Positions 14,058 to 27,759 of a stretch of DNA of 64,000 nucleotides are shown piece after piece. Position numbers and translations under genes: made by a program. Below the pieces are notes generated by a model, which saw only the letters and a program-made list of their open reading frames with translations, was not told the origin of the DNA and did no database searches. The first letter of the stretch is position 1; every line of letters begins with the position of its first letter. This stretch comes from Eledone cirrhosa (taxonomy: Eukaryota): NCBI GenBank assembly GCA_964016885.1, contig OZ024748.1, forward strand, positions 15,314,001-15,378,000, read 5' to 3'.

Positions 14058-14764
14058 TTGTTCTCAGCTGTTAGCCTTCCAGGTCCCATGAAAGGCTTTA
14101 TACTCATCATGAGGTCCTTTTTGAGACAATGTTTTATGGCTAGATACCCTTCCTGGCAACAGCCCTTTTAGTTGCTTTTACAACATACAAGTATATTGTG
14201 TACATATTGTAAACTAGATGCACACATCATCAATAGTTATTCAGTGTTTAAAAGTAATTTATACGACTATCTATTAAAGCTACTAAGAGCTGAGTGGTAT
14301 TTTCTTTATTATATACCTATGTGTTTAAATACGCACATATATATATATATCACGTTTTATATAGAAATGGTTCTACTAATGTATTGAGTACCTTACTAAC
14401 TCTGGTTATCCCCAATAGAATATATACACATGGGTGAGGCAATACATAAGTGATAACGAAAGAAGCAGAATATTCCAAGTGATTGCCGATTATATTAGGT
14501 AAAAAAAGAGAACCTGAATTATGTTGGTTATGTGGTTATGTAATAAGGCATGATGGAATGATAAAGAGACTCATACTGATACAATTCATTTTGAAAATAA
14601 AACAGTTTGGCAATGTTAGTAAAATAACTACGAACATTAAAAGAGTTCAATGTGTAAAGTGGTTGGTGATAGGAAGGGCATCCAGCAGTAGAAGCCATGC
14701 CAAAATGAGAATGTATGTGAGATGTGGTTCCCAGCCTGATTGGGATGCCAATAGGTCTGATTAA

Positions 14765-15005
14765 GTAATGATCATAATGTTGTCGGTGCGCTTCCTGGGT
14801 AGCGTGTGTGTGTTCCTGAGCAAAACACTTCATTTATCTTACTCCAGCATACTCAATTGAAAATGAGTCCTAGCAACAGTTTAACCCTGTGATAGACTGG
14901 TGTCCTGTCCAGGTTGAGTCTTGTATGCTCAGTCACTTCATGCCACGGAAACTGGGATAAGCACCAGTCTGATGAGCCTCTGGACTCAAGACAGACAGAC
15001 TTTTT
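14765..15005 (+). mobile_element. CORE-like SINE, family D
   Basis: gtgttcctgagcaaaacacttca CORE-like segment and tail ccacggaaactgggataagcaccagtctgatgagcc; relatives at 41410 and 62430. Confidence 0.6.
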
Positions 15006-15516
15006 TTAGTGATGACCTGTCCATTTCATGTCAGCATAGAAAAACGGATATTAAGCAATGATGATGATTATTTTATTTAAATGGTGTTTGGTATATAAGT
15101 TAATAACATATTCTTTGGTAACATTATAATAGATAGTTTTAATTTCAATATCAGCATTTTTGAAAACGGTTTTGCATCTTAGAATTAGCAGAGGTTTCAA
15201 GTAGGTTAATATAAAAATGGTCTTAATTGATAGTAAAGAAGGAAATTTTAATTCCGAGTTAAAATGGAAGAAAAAAATTAACAAAAAAAAGACCGCAAAA
15301 TAAAGGCTAATTTAACTGAAACCTGTTGCATGTGTTGTTAGAGCAATTAAAATCAAGACATTGATTAACATGCCTTAATACACAGGAAATAATGGTTGCG
15401 ATATTGAAGCAGCATTGGTATAGCACAGCAGAGGCAATACAATATAACTGGAGGAGTAATTTTATATGGATTTTAGATAATGGATAAAGCAATAAAGTTT
15501 GTCACTGCAAAAATAT

Positions 15517-15891
15517 TTAACTTTTTCCTTAATATATTTCTAATGAAAAACACTGCCTATGTTTTGTAGACAATTTTGAAACTAATCAAGAATTTAAAGG
15601 AATCTAGTAAGATACAGGCAGATTGTCCCTTAAGATATGCTGTTTATATACTATATTTCACAGTACCAATTGACATCAACACACACACAGTAACTAGATT
15701 AGAAATGTAATAATTCATGTAATTTGTAAATAATTTCTTTATTATTAAGCTAGTGTTTGGAACATAAATTAACCAAGGTTCATACATAAAACTATGATGA
15801 AAGCTTCTAAGATAAAATATAAATACATTAAAAAAAACAATTTCATGTGATAGAATCAGGGGCGATTACAGGCACTATCAAAAGGGTTGAA
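15517..15891. mobile_element. piggyBac-like MITE (same family as 37254)
   Basis: atatttctaatgaaa at the left end and tatcaaaagggttgaa at the right end. Confidence 0.55.
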
Positions 15892-15949
15892 TAAAATACA
15901 GTTGGGATGGCACTAGAATGTTGAATGGAGTGTATTAAAGTACTACTGG

Positions 15950-16133
15950 TGCACTGGGGTAATTGCTGGCCTTGTGCCAAAAGTAGAAACTCTATATGAC
16001 GCATAGTTACGGCCCTTGCTCTTCTGAGTTCAAATTCCCGCCAAGGTTAACTTTGCCTTTCATCCTTACGGGGTCGATAAAATAAATGCACTGGGTAATT
16101 GCTGGCCTTGTGCCAAAAGTAGAAACAATTATA
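15950..16133 (+). mobile_element. Family A SINE, 5'-truncated, preceded by an extra tail copy
   Basis: B-box gagttcaaattcc, core, and tail ggccttgtgccaaaagtagaaac present twice. Confidence 0.8.
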
Positions 16134-16589
16134 TTTCTTACCAGACAGATTCCAGAAACTTTTAAAAAATCAAAACCCTTAGAATGGTATTTGTTGCCAT
16201 AGAGTAAATATTTGATATGATCCCTATTTTATAAAATGTTGAACTCTGAGGAACTTTACTCAAAAGAAAACGAAAGGTATTGGATATAAACTGAAAAGAA
16301 AGAAACAATGTCATGATACCTAAGACCACTGGATGTGGTCTGCTATCTTGAATAAATAATGATGATGATAATGATGATGATGATAATAATGATTTCTGGT
16401 ATAGGCACAAGGCCAGTAATTTTCTTTTGGGGGGAGTCGATTAAATCGACCCCAGTCTATTACTGGTGCTTTATTTTATCAACCCCATAATAATAATAAT
16501 AAACAAGAGTATAAGAAAAGGAGAAAAGGAGAAAAGGAGAAGATAAAAATTAACCGGTTAAATAACAACAATGCCTGAGATATCAAAGT

Positions 16590-16777
16590 AATAATAATAA
16601 TAATTGTTTCTACTTTTGGCACAATGCCAGCAATTACCCAGTACATTACTGGTACTTTATTTTATCGACCCTGTAAGGATGAAAGGCAAAGTTAATCTCG
16701 GCGGGATTTGAACTCAGTATGGCAAGGGCCGTCAAAGCATGGCGTCCGACCCTCTACCGATACTGCCAATCCACCGC
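16590..16777 (-). mobile_element. Family A SINE, near full length
   Basis: Close reverse-complement match to 61853-62043. Confidence 0.9.
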
Positions 16778-17182
16778 ACAGTAGCATTTGAGCCACGGAC
16801 TGGTGCCGGCCCTCGGCTCGGTTGTTGGGGATCTCTGATATATATCCCCTAGCTTATGAAGGTGGAAGGGAGGCATGATAAAAAGGGAGTTTGCATGGTT
16901 TTTGATATGTTCTGGATTGCAGGGAGGTTTACTAGGAAAAGGAGTGTGTATGTAATGACACTGTTAGGTACACTTGCCAAGGAAAATAAAAACGCATGGA
17001 AGTGTTCTTATAGGGGTCATTGTGGGTAGAACATTGATAGAAACCAGATTTTGTTGGGTAAATTTTACAAGGGAGTTAGACTCTCATACAAGAGAAATGT
17101 ATATTCTGTGAGACAATAAAATAAAACATGCAATGAAATAAAAAAGATTTTGATAAATCACACCAAATGCAATTTTGCATGT

Positions 17183-17279
<97 letters not shown>

Positions 17280-18626
17280 AATGCTTAAAATTATGTCACA
17301 ATCATTGCTGATCCTACATTTTTATACCCCCAGCTAGACTATGCTTTCACTACCATCTACTGATTATTATGAATAATGAGTGTTTGTAAAGATCAAATGC
17401 AGTTCAAGCATAGCTTGACACTGACCAACAAAGAAATAAACAAGTCTCTGTTGTATTTTATTGAAGTTCTCTGGCACTAAGCAATTACTAAATTGAAGTT
17501 TTTATTGATTTGGTTATGTTAATAATTTAATTCAATGTTATTATATTATATATTTTTTTAATGTTTTCTACTGCTACAAACAGCCTTTTAGGCACCAAGC
17601 TGAGATTACAGCCAACAAACAAAGCCAGCTAAAATATATAGATGTGGGCAAAAATAAAAAATAAACGACAACAAAAAACACGAAACAAATTAGCTGTATT
17701 TCTACTGAGACTAACTACATTGAAGTAAAACTACTACAATCATCATTTGCAATCGAGTATAACTTAGTAGTATGAACCATGCATTTGTTAAGGGTTTTAG
17801 GTGCCCAAGTAGTTGTGAACAGACACAGACACCTTTTCGAACACTCATTTTTTTTTATCTTGCAGGACATCCAATATGTGATAGCAAGAAGGAAAGTGGG
17901 TTAGGCTGCACCAGCACACAGTTAGTGCTTTCTTTATTAATTCCAAAAGGATGAAATGCACAACGGACCTTAGCAGGATTTGTTATCAGAACATAGAGAT
18001 GAGAACAAATAACCACTGTTGTAAACATTGTCAAATTGACTGCCTTATGTTCAAGTTATGCCAAAATAAAAGATGAAAATAAATAGGTATGGCTGTGTGG
18101 TTAAGAAGTTTGTTTCACAAACATGCAGTTTCTGATTCAATCCCACAGTGTGTGGCATCTTAGATAACTGTTTTTTACCATAGACTTGTGGTTACCCAAT
18201 ACCTTGGGGTAAGATTTTGGAGAGAGAGACTGTGTCAAAGTCCGTTATATATGTTGATATGTGTGCATGATCTTGTTTCTGGCCTTACACTTACTGTTTA
18301 TATTCCCTAACATAGAAATTTGACAAAAAAGGATCGATAAAATAAGTAGCAGATTTGAAATATTAAGTACTGAGATCGATATTGTTGTTTTCATTTTATG
18401 TCTGCCTTCCATGTTGGCAGCAGTATCTGATGGGGTTATCACAGTCTGAGACTAGACAGATCAGGGAATAGAATAATGCCTTGCTCATACATTCCAATTT
18501 CTGGCATTATTTATGCAAATGAATGTCCTTCATGATACCAATAAGAGTAACTAAACTCTTTGAAGACCAAAACTCCAGTATAGCCATGGTCTAATTATTA
18601 AAACAAGTAAAAGAGAAAGATGAACA

Positions 18627-18687
<61 letters not shown>

Positions 18688-20612
18688 GAATGATTTAATA
18701 AGGAATGGTGTCTACTGGAGATAGTGACTTGACTGTTATATTGTGTTGGTGTAATGATGAGAGCTTTTAGTAGAAATCATTGCAATAGTGTTTACTAGTA
18801 ACTAGATTCCTCCTCACAAAATGTCTATTACTAGCATCCAGAAATAATAATTGTAAAATGAGCTAACATAGCAGTTGCTTTAATAGCAGTATTATTTCTA
18901 ATTCTTCTCATACATATATGTGTGTGTGTGCGTGTAGAGAGAGAGGGGTGGGGTGGGGTAGGAAGGTAGGTATGTTTGCATGTGTGTTTTGTTTTTTCTT
19001 CCTACAATAATGGAGTTAATGTATATGCCAACACAGTCTGCAGGTGCTATTAATACTAATACTACAATTACTACTACTGTTGCTGCTAATCTCATCTGGT
19101 TACTCTACATGTCAAGTATACAAGATCAGGCAGTGACATATAACTGATTTCCACCTTTCTTTAACATTATTCGAGATTCTGTGAAACAGGGTTGGTGAAG
19201 GATATAGAAATAACTTCCACTGTTAATGAAATGCTGATTGGAGACTCAGTTGATCAGATACTTAAATTAACAGCAATTCATCACAACAGAATAGTATCAG
19301 GAAATATGTAATGCCTCATACAGCATAAGTGTTAATTAAATATAACAAGAGCCAAGACAATTGACTCTCCAATCACATCAATGACATGTGTCAACCTCTT
19401 TGGGATTAACCCCACTACAAAATACACCCAGTACATTCATTAACTAGGTTGGTTATTGGAAAGGGATCCATCTGTAGAAACCATGCTCAAGTCAGAATAT
19501 ATGTAAACGAGACATGGCTACCTGAGACCAAGATGCAAAGTGGTATCACCAAAATGATGGGATTAACTTTTTGTCTTATTTGCAACAGGTCATTCTTTCA
19601 CACTTCACACTCCAATTGTTGGACTACATTAATGATCCTGAGAGGGCCATCATGATGTTTAGCAAACCAGTAATTCCATATATTTCTCTCACACCTTGCA
19701 GACCAGATCAATTATGCTATCTAAATTCGTTCAGTGATGATGAAGCCTTCTGTAAATTATTCGTAAACTATTTTACAGCAAGTTACTCTTGCAAATAACA
19801 GTCTAGTAAAAGTGAAAACATTGAACTATAGTAAATGAATGGGTTTATTGGATTTTAACACTTGAAAGGCTTACTTTAGCTATAAAATTCTGGTTACATT
19901 TCAAAGGTATTTTATGAAAAGCCTTTTCTTTCATCATAGTTGTTGATCCACATCTCTATATGCAAAGTAAACACATTCAATAAAGAAAGCAAAAGATTCT
20001 GAAATGGTAAGCCTAATTAGAGTTTTACAAAAGGCTTATCAAAGAATCTTTATCCAAGATTTATTTACTTCCTGAGATTTCTTTCATTGAACTATTCATA
20101 AATTTAATGGATGGATTCACATTGATAGAGGAAGATGTAAGGAACTCAACTGTGTCAGTGTTGAAGATAGGTTTCATATAAAAGAAACATTAACCTCACA
20201 TAGAACAATTTGCTGTAATAGATTATGGTAGTAGAGATACTGATAATGCAAAGTTATTCGCAAACATTAATTCTACCTACAAGGTATATAGATATTTTTT
20301 AATGTTGTCTGAGTAGAAATACTCAGTTGTATTTACCTGTACTGTTTATTTTCTGTTTAGTTACTTTGTTGTTGTGTTATCTCTCCAACACCAAAACAAA
20401 TTTATACAAAGATTTATCCTAAAGTATGAAACTGTATTACCAAGAGGTGGCTGAAGAGGAGAATAGTTGCTTGTATTTGCTTGTTGCTTGTCTATTTTCC
20501 ATGTGCACATTTGCTAATATATATATATATATGTCCGTATATAGTTGATGGACAGGAGAAAATATTACTCAATGCCAAAGTAAAGATTAAATAGTTATTT
20601 ATTATGGCTAAG

Positions 20613-20690
20613 AAGTGAGAATTGTTGCCCCGGAGTTTCACCTGCACACTGAGTGCACAGGTAAATCTTCAGATTAACAAGACTCACTTT
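20613..20690. repeat. Fold-back remnant related to the 63173-63286 hammerhead-like element
   Basis: aagtgagaattgttgccccggagtttcacctg ... caggtaaatcttcagattaacaagactcactt. Confidence 0.6.
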
Positions 20691-20744
20691 ATTTATATAT
20701 ATATATAAACAAAGGGTGAAGAGGAATCTTCAGTTGCGCCATGG

Positions 20745-21062
20745 GCGTGTTGGTGACACGATAAAACACAACCAGTGCACTGTGTAAAGTGGTTGGTAAT
20801 AGGAAGGGCATCCAGCCATTAAAACTTACCAAACAAATGGTTTAGAAGACTCTTAAGATGTGTCGCAGTGGCAAGAAACTGTGGAAAATGAAAACTGACG
20901 AGACCTGGGCAGACGTGGTGAGAGCTGATCTAAAAACACCGAACCTCACAGTGACCATGGTGAAGGAACACAATGAGTGGTAAGACGAGCGTGTGCTGGA
21001 AAAAACCCTTACAACCAATGTAAGCATAGATAAACAGTCATAAAATGTTGATGATGAAGATT
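20745..21062 (+). mobile_element. RTE LINE 3' fragments
   Basis: TWADVVRADLKTPNLT...EHNEW, 3' UTR motif aggaagggcatccagc, (GAT)n tail. Confidence 0.7.
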
Positions 21063-21408
21063 ATGTGTATATGTGTACATATATAATATATATAAGTATT
21101 AACATAAAAATCTATTACTTATATCATATAAATACTGTCAGATGGGGTGAATATATCAGTTGTTGACTTAACTACCTGGGTAAAATATTCTTTTTTACAG
21201 AGTTATTGGTTTCTTGATATTACATTTCTATTTTCAAATCAATTTCCTTTCAAATATACATTTGTAAATGTGCCACATAGGTCATTTTAAAGAAATAAGT
21301 CGACTGCACAGTTGTTTTAGACCAGGAAGGAAAGCTCAAGGAAAAATATTTAACCTATAACCCATATGGGAAAGAAGTGTAGATATTTCTATGTTTCATA
21401 GATTAAAC

Positions 21409-21649
21409 TATTGTTTCCCAAAATGTTCACTACCAAGAATCTCTTTTTGCATAGATGACTTTCCATGAACCCCAAGTAATATTCATCACCTCCTAGATTG
21501 TGAAAGAGCAAGAATAACAATTTTGTTTTTTAAATATTTATACTTTAAAAGAAATGGATATCCAATATTGTGTGGATATTGTATTTTAACAGAATACTTG
21601 AAATTTTGAACTTAGGTTACTTTTGAAGACAACAGGTTGGGAACTATTG
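21409..21649. mobile_element. hAT (Charlie-like) MITE nested in the RTE RT
   Basis: Ends tattgtttcccaa / ttgggaactattg; 8-bp TSD gattaaac/ggttatac; removing it restores FIDY-KAF. Confidence 0.75.
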
Positions 21650-21824
21650 GGTTATACCAAGCATTTGTCAAAGTTTGTCATGTAAAGATGATCAAATGTC
21701 TATCAGAAACTGGGATGCGTGATAAAATCTTTCAAATAATAAGAACAATGTACTGGACATAAACAGCAGTGATAAGAAACCTCAGGATCTAAAATTAAAA
21801 GAGGAGTCAAACAATACTCTATAC

Positions 21825-22021
21825 CAGTGATCCACAAACGTTTTGCATCACAGACGGATAACATGCAGGACAATTTATCCATGGACCAAGAGGGGGGGGG
21901 GGGGGACTTCAGTGACAGTTATGCACATAACAAAACAATAAATAATGAAGTGTATATTTTATAATTTGATTATTACATTTATACTGGTATCATCCCATGG
22001 CCCAGTGGTTAGGGACTGCTG
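21825..22021. mobile_element. hAT (Charlie/MER1-like) MITE nested in the RTE RT
   Basis: Ends cagtgatccacaaac / ggttagggactgctg; 8-bp TSD ctctatac/ctgtatac. Confidence 0.8.
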
Positions 22022-22256
22022 CTGTATACTAACATCTAGGCAATTTCCTCAATACAATGAAATGATCTTCAGAGAAGTAAAAGCAGGAGTATAAATAGGA
22101 AGTATAAACATCTACAGACTTAGATATACAAATGATACTAGCTTATTAATTTACAACAGAAAGGAATTACAAATACTTGGAATACAGTAAGAACAAAACG
22201 TCCTATAGAATGGAAATGGATATAAAGAAAAAAATCATTTGTAAGAAAGACAGCAA

Positions 22257-22293
<37 letters not shown>

Positions 22294-23872
22294 ATATCTA
22301 ATAAGAAAATGGAGAAATGTGAAGTAGAAATGAAAAGAAGGATTGAGATAGCTAGAAAGTTCTTTGAAAAATATCAAACATTAACATCAAGACACCTTAA
22401 TAGAGAAACCAAAAAGCGATTATTAAAATGTTATGTATGGTCTACTCTACTGGATGGAACTGTAACATGGACATTAACAGAAGTATTAACCAATAAATTA
22501 GAATCCTTTGAGATGTGGGCATATAGAAAACATTTGAGAATACCATGGACAAAACAGAAAATCAATGTAGAACGGCAATCAATGTAGAATGGCAAAAAAT
22601 ACAAATATTTTTATTAAACACCATCAAAGAGGCTACACTTAATTAGAAAAAATAATTTAAAGAGATTATTAATAGAAGGCAAATGAATGAGGAAAAAAGG
22701 AAGATGAAAACCAAGAATTATATGGATGGATAATATCAAGAATTAGACAGAATTAAAATACAGTGAATGTGTAAAGATATTATACAAAAGACTAAGAAGG
22801 TGATCCATAGCATTCAACAAACTGAGAGCAGACAATATTATAATGATAATGAATTCATAACAGCGATTTTATGGTCTTTCTTTAACATGAAAAAATATTT
22901 ACTGATTATATTTAATTTAGAAATTGTGAGCGTTCGTTTTGATCATAAAACTTTTTTATTACACAAGATTTATTATTCAAAACTTGGGTGAATGCTTCTG
23001 ATATCAAACTACCTAATTCTATGATAGTGCTAAGAAACTCTTGGGAGAGCTGGAGAGCAGAAGGTCGTCAGAGAAGAATCCTCCCCCTTCTCAAGTGAGT
23101 GTTTCAACCTTTAACTCTAAGGAAGCCAGACCACATCCAGGTCATGACTCCTGGGTCCCCTTCTACTGACATTTAGCCATTCGGAAATCAGCAACTTGCT
23201 ATGTATTTAAACTATATGGAGATTTTCTTGACAGGATCTAGCTAATTTAAAGTGTTCATATTTATACTTAAACCTTCTATTATAACTTTCTCTCAGCTAA
23301 AAAAGGAAAATGTTATTTTACTAAACCATTTCAATGTTTTATTATTTTTACAATTAATTAAAAACCACAGGCAGTGTATTTCATTAGAAATATGGTAACA
23401 AAAAGGGTTAATACACACTCTTAAAATAAGTAATTTCAAACAAATATTGACAAAATATTTATAATCTAACATTCAAATAGTAAAGTTTATATAACTTATA
23501 GATTTTCTCAAGATCATTAACTCAAATTGAAATGCTGGGTATGGCAACATAGAAAGAATTTATTTAGTTTTATATATTTTGCTTGAAACAAATTTGATTT
23601 TCCAGATTATTAAGAATTCCAGCAACTGATCTTTTAGGCAAGAAAATTTGCCATCTTATCAATAGATTAAACTAAAATGTCTGGTTCAAATAAGTCATTT
23701 CATGTTAGAGAAGCAACTCAATTTTCAATTTTGTAGATGCGTGGATTGGCTGCCAGTGGTTCCTGTCACAGACTAATTGCTTCTTGATTCAGGCATTTCA
23801 CACAATATATTGGAAATCATCCAACTCTAAAATGTGTCTGCTGTCCATGAACAACAACAATAATAATAATAT

Positions 23873-23903
<31 letters not shown>

Positions 23904-24464
23904 CCATATTCAGTTAATTAAATTTCGGCTTTATTGGGTCTATATAGTTGAGAAAAGAAATTTTCCAAATGGTCTTCAACATAAACAAAACGCTAAACAT
24001 TAATAGCAATCTCTCTAAGCAAATTCTATTATATATATATATACATCACACAAACACACATGTGTACATGTATATATATTTATATATATATACATCACCC
24101 AAACCACACACATATTTGTGTGTGCATGTGCACGTGTGCGTGTACATGTGTGTGTATATATACACAGTTAAAATTCTCTCAGAGGCAACAAGCACCAACT
24201 GATAATGGAAAATAATGTTTGGAGAAAGGATTTTATTGAAAATATCCAAAGTTATTCCCTTTTCAAGAATAGTTAATATTGACAATCTAGAAATTCTTCG
24301 GTAAAAATTATATATTTTCACTTCCTAAACACACAAACTCAACGAAATTATTCCAATATCTTAGACACCAAATAGTTTGATATAATCCATGTTTCTACAA
24401 GGTAGAATATCAGATTATTTATTGTTTATCATTTTTTTCTTAATATTTATTGTATGATAAAGTG

Positions 24465-24810
24465 ACAGATTTGTTAGAATGCAGGATAGATTGCTTTGCA
24501 GCCATCATTCTAGCTCACTTCACTTTGAGTTTAAATCTTACCCAAGTCAACTTTACCTGTCATCCTTCCAATCATCATCATCATTTTACGTCCACTTTTC
24601 CCTGCTTGCAAGGGTGGGACAATATCTATAAACAAAGTACCAGTCCAGTACTGAGGTCAATTCTGCCTCTCTTTCTTGCTTTCTATCTCTCTTTCTCTGG
24701 AAGAAATAATCAACAGTGTTCAAACCTGGAGAAGAGTGGGTTCCACCAGATTTAAGTGGATGAGACATGCTGCATGTCGTAACAATACAGCTATGACTCC
24801 ATCAGGAGTT
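24465..24810 (+). mobile_element. Family A SINE, long-tail variant, with small internal insertion
   Basis: Head and core, then ctctggaagaa...ctatgactccatcagga tail shared with 57735-58030. Confidence 0.55.
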
Positions 24811-24936
24811 CAGATCCAATGGATGGATTGTGTCGTACGATCCAAATTTTGATTTCATGTGTTCTAGTTTCAAGGTATGCTTTACACAATTTAATGTTAC
24901 GTATTTGATTGGATTCAACATTATTACCTCTAAACC

Positions 24937-25414
24937 AGTGCTTCTTAATGGCATGTGCTTGCCCCACAGAAATAAAAATTTGAATAATTTAGAGGCCAAT
25001 TTTTCTTCAATAGGTTCCTCATCAAATCTATAGCTGTGAAAATATTTAACATCCAGAGACCCTGGGTCATCTCTTTCGTCTCTCTTTGATTGGGATGGAG
25101 ATGGTTAGTGACAAGAATGAACCCTATGGGTTGGATTTTGTCTTTCAGTTCATCACCCTCACCATTCTTCAGAGAAATGCATTCACCATTCCCTCAGAGT
25201 TACACATTCATCTTACCATGAAGCAACAATAAAATAGAACCCATTTACATTGAAAAGAGAAAAATATTCCATATACTTTTCTAAAGGTTAATTTATATCT
25301 TTTTAACATCAAACATGTTTTTATATTGAGAGAAGCAACAATTTTTGTTTTTTGGGTTTTTTTTTAATTAGATATTGGGATGCAGTATGCAGTGTAAGCA
25401 TATGAAGAACCACT
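24937..25414. mobile_element. hAT-like non-autonomous element
   Basis: cagtgcttctt ... gaagaaccactg termini with ctctaaac/ctttatat flanks. Confidence 0.5.
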
Positions 25415-26587
25415 GCTTTATATTCTATAAGTTACTAGTTTTGGTGTATTGTATGTACTTTAGACAACAAACACTATAGTCTACATTCTCACTTTTGAAT
25501 TTTCTACATTTTTAACAGAATATATTCCTAACTCCTACATCACCTAGTTTCACCTCCTTACCAAACTCTGTTGATTAATTATGGTAGCAGAATAAACGCT
25601 AACATTCTCACCACCCAAAATATTTTCTCACCTGAGTAAAAAAAAAAAAACGTCTATGCCACCCTATGCTGTCTGGAAGTATTTTAGATATAGATATATT
25701 GCCATGTGGCATGTAGTATCAGGCAGATATTGTGTATATAACCAGTATGTTAGATACTAGATATATGTTTACATATGTCACTGTATTTATTTGCTTATTT
25801 CCACCACTTCAGTTTCTGTACAGATATCTATTGATAATTAGTATGTGTATAATGATATATTGATATGATAATGGTCAGGAGATCAGTACAATAGCTACTG
25901 CTCTTAGAGGTTTGAGAGAAAAGACACTCCTCCCTTAACGATTTTGATATGAAAATCCCTGAAATCACCCCTGTCTCTAGTATATAAAACTGTTTGTTTC
26001 AAAGTGTTTATATTTATCTAAAAACATCCCATCATAATTTAATGTAAGAACCTTTATTAAAGTTTGCTCTAAACAACTGCACGACAATGGGAAATCCCTC
26101 CAAATTCATATTTTCAGGATTAATTTAAAACCATAGACAGTATATCATTAAAAATAAGGTTTGAAAAAGGGTGACAAACAAAAGGAAATTGTGCATCCCT
26201 TCATACCTGTGCCTGGTGGGTGTTGTGTAACTGCACCACCTCAAAATCCTCTTGTTATAATACAGCAGGAAATGTACCATCTTAAGTCCATATGAACTCA
26301 GAGAAAGGTTCCAAGATCTTTCAAAATCTTTCAAAACTAACATAATTCCTCACTGGATAGTAAACTTTTAAAATATTTTCAGGAGCATGTGTAGTCGTAG
26401 AAGAATTTCATGTCGGAAGTAAAGCATTGGGAACAGAATTCCACGTAATTACTTCAATTATATTTGAAACAAAGCCTAGCAATTATTATACAGAAAATAA
26501 AAAAAAATATAGAGAAACATTTTACAAGCTTTGCCTTAGGACTTGCTTCACATCATGTAAAAATAATGCAAAGAATTTCCCAAAGAT

Positions 26588-27381
26588 GTTTTTACAATGC
26601 TAAATATACAGAGAACCCCGTCACATAGACGAACAGTAAAATGAAGTGTGCTTTTAGTATTGAATCTTGGTTTTCTATTAGCTGTGCTATAATTCTAACA
26701 AATCCTAATAACCATCTAAAAGTTACTGCATGCTGTACAATTTTAGGCTTTCACTGAACATACAGATGCTTATCAATTATTAATAACTACATTACCTACC
26801 AACCTAAAGAACACTGTGACACTGAAAAGTAAGCAAGGTAAGAGACAGGAAGCTGCAATGTCTGGTGGCTTAACAGAAGTAATACAGGGTTTGTCAGGAG
26901 TCTTCAGGCTGAAGGAGCATGTGATAACATCTCTAGAGTTGGTGCCATAATAAAGTGCCCCTAATATACCTCACAAAGTTTTAGTATTAGTGTTGGTATT
27001 CAGTCCACTCTGTAAAGTGGTAGGGCTGGTGCTGCGAAAAATACATCCGCCCAGTACACTCTGAAAAGTATTAGGAAAGGGTATCCAGCTATAGAAACCA
27101 TGACTAATATGGAACATATGAGCAAGATGAGGTCACTGTGACATAAAATGAAGATAATGACGTTTTTACAATGCCAAGTACAAAGAAATATCTGTCACAT
27201 AGATGAACAGTAAAATGAAGTATGCTTTTAGTATTGAATCTTGTTTTCTATTAACTGTGCTGTAACTCTTAAGAATGATAATAATCATGTAGCAGTTACT
27301 CTATGTAGTAAGATTTTTGGCTTTCTCAGAATATACAGATGTTCATCAAACATTAATAACTGCATTACTTGCCAACCTAAA
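26588..27381 (+). repeat. ~220-bp direct repeats (26588-26808, 27162-27381) flanking an RTE-type 3' UTR insert
   Basis: Both copies run gtttttacaatgc...gtcacataga.gaacagtaaaatgaagt...ccaacctaaa; insert ends gacataaaatgaagataatga. Confidence 0.8.
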
Positions 27382-27698
27382 TAATTTTCTAGTAAACAAG
27401 TTCTATAAAATAAGATTAAAAAAGTTCTGCAAAATGGTAGGAATATATTCAGTAAACAATACCAAATAATTGCATATTGATATTACTCTTACCCTCTGTT
27501 AACATACGATATACACATTACAATCTCTCTCTCTCACACACACACACACACATGTATATATATGTCAAGTTATCTTAATGTAGTGATCTATGCAGTTGTC
27601 TGGTCTACAAGAGATGAAGTGTTTAATTCCCACAGATGATTCTGTCATATTTCACATGTATAAATGTATTATTGATGTTTATCATTAAAACATCTTAA

Positions 27699-27759
<61 letters not shown>

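Larger units (their letters stand above)
21288..22850 (+). mobile_element. Decayed RTE-clade LINE (RT domain to 3' end), interrupted by two hAT MITEs
   Basis: FRPGR..IFNL, FLCFID-Y-KAF.KV, KIKRGVKQ.CIL, RLRYTND (decayed YADD), KRRIEIARK...LLKCYVWSTLL...LESFEMWAYRK.LRIPWT. Confidence 0.9.

Noticed and set aside
14968-15000. CTGATGAG as a hammerhead core
   Set aside because: No downstream GAAA or stem III; part of a SINE tail
19571-20310. Non-repetitive, coding-looking segment with a good acceptor at ~19588
   Set aside because: Only short frames with no recognisable motif; cannot be supported without a homology search
24700-24880. Exon ending at AAG|GTATGC
   Set aside because: The upstream part matches the SINE long-tail variant at 57935-58025 and contains stops
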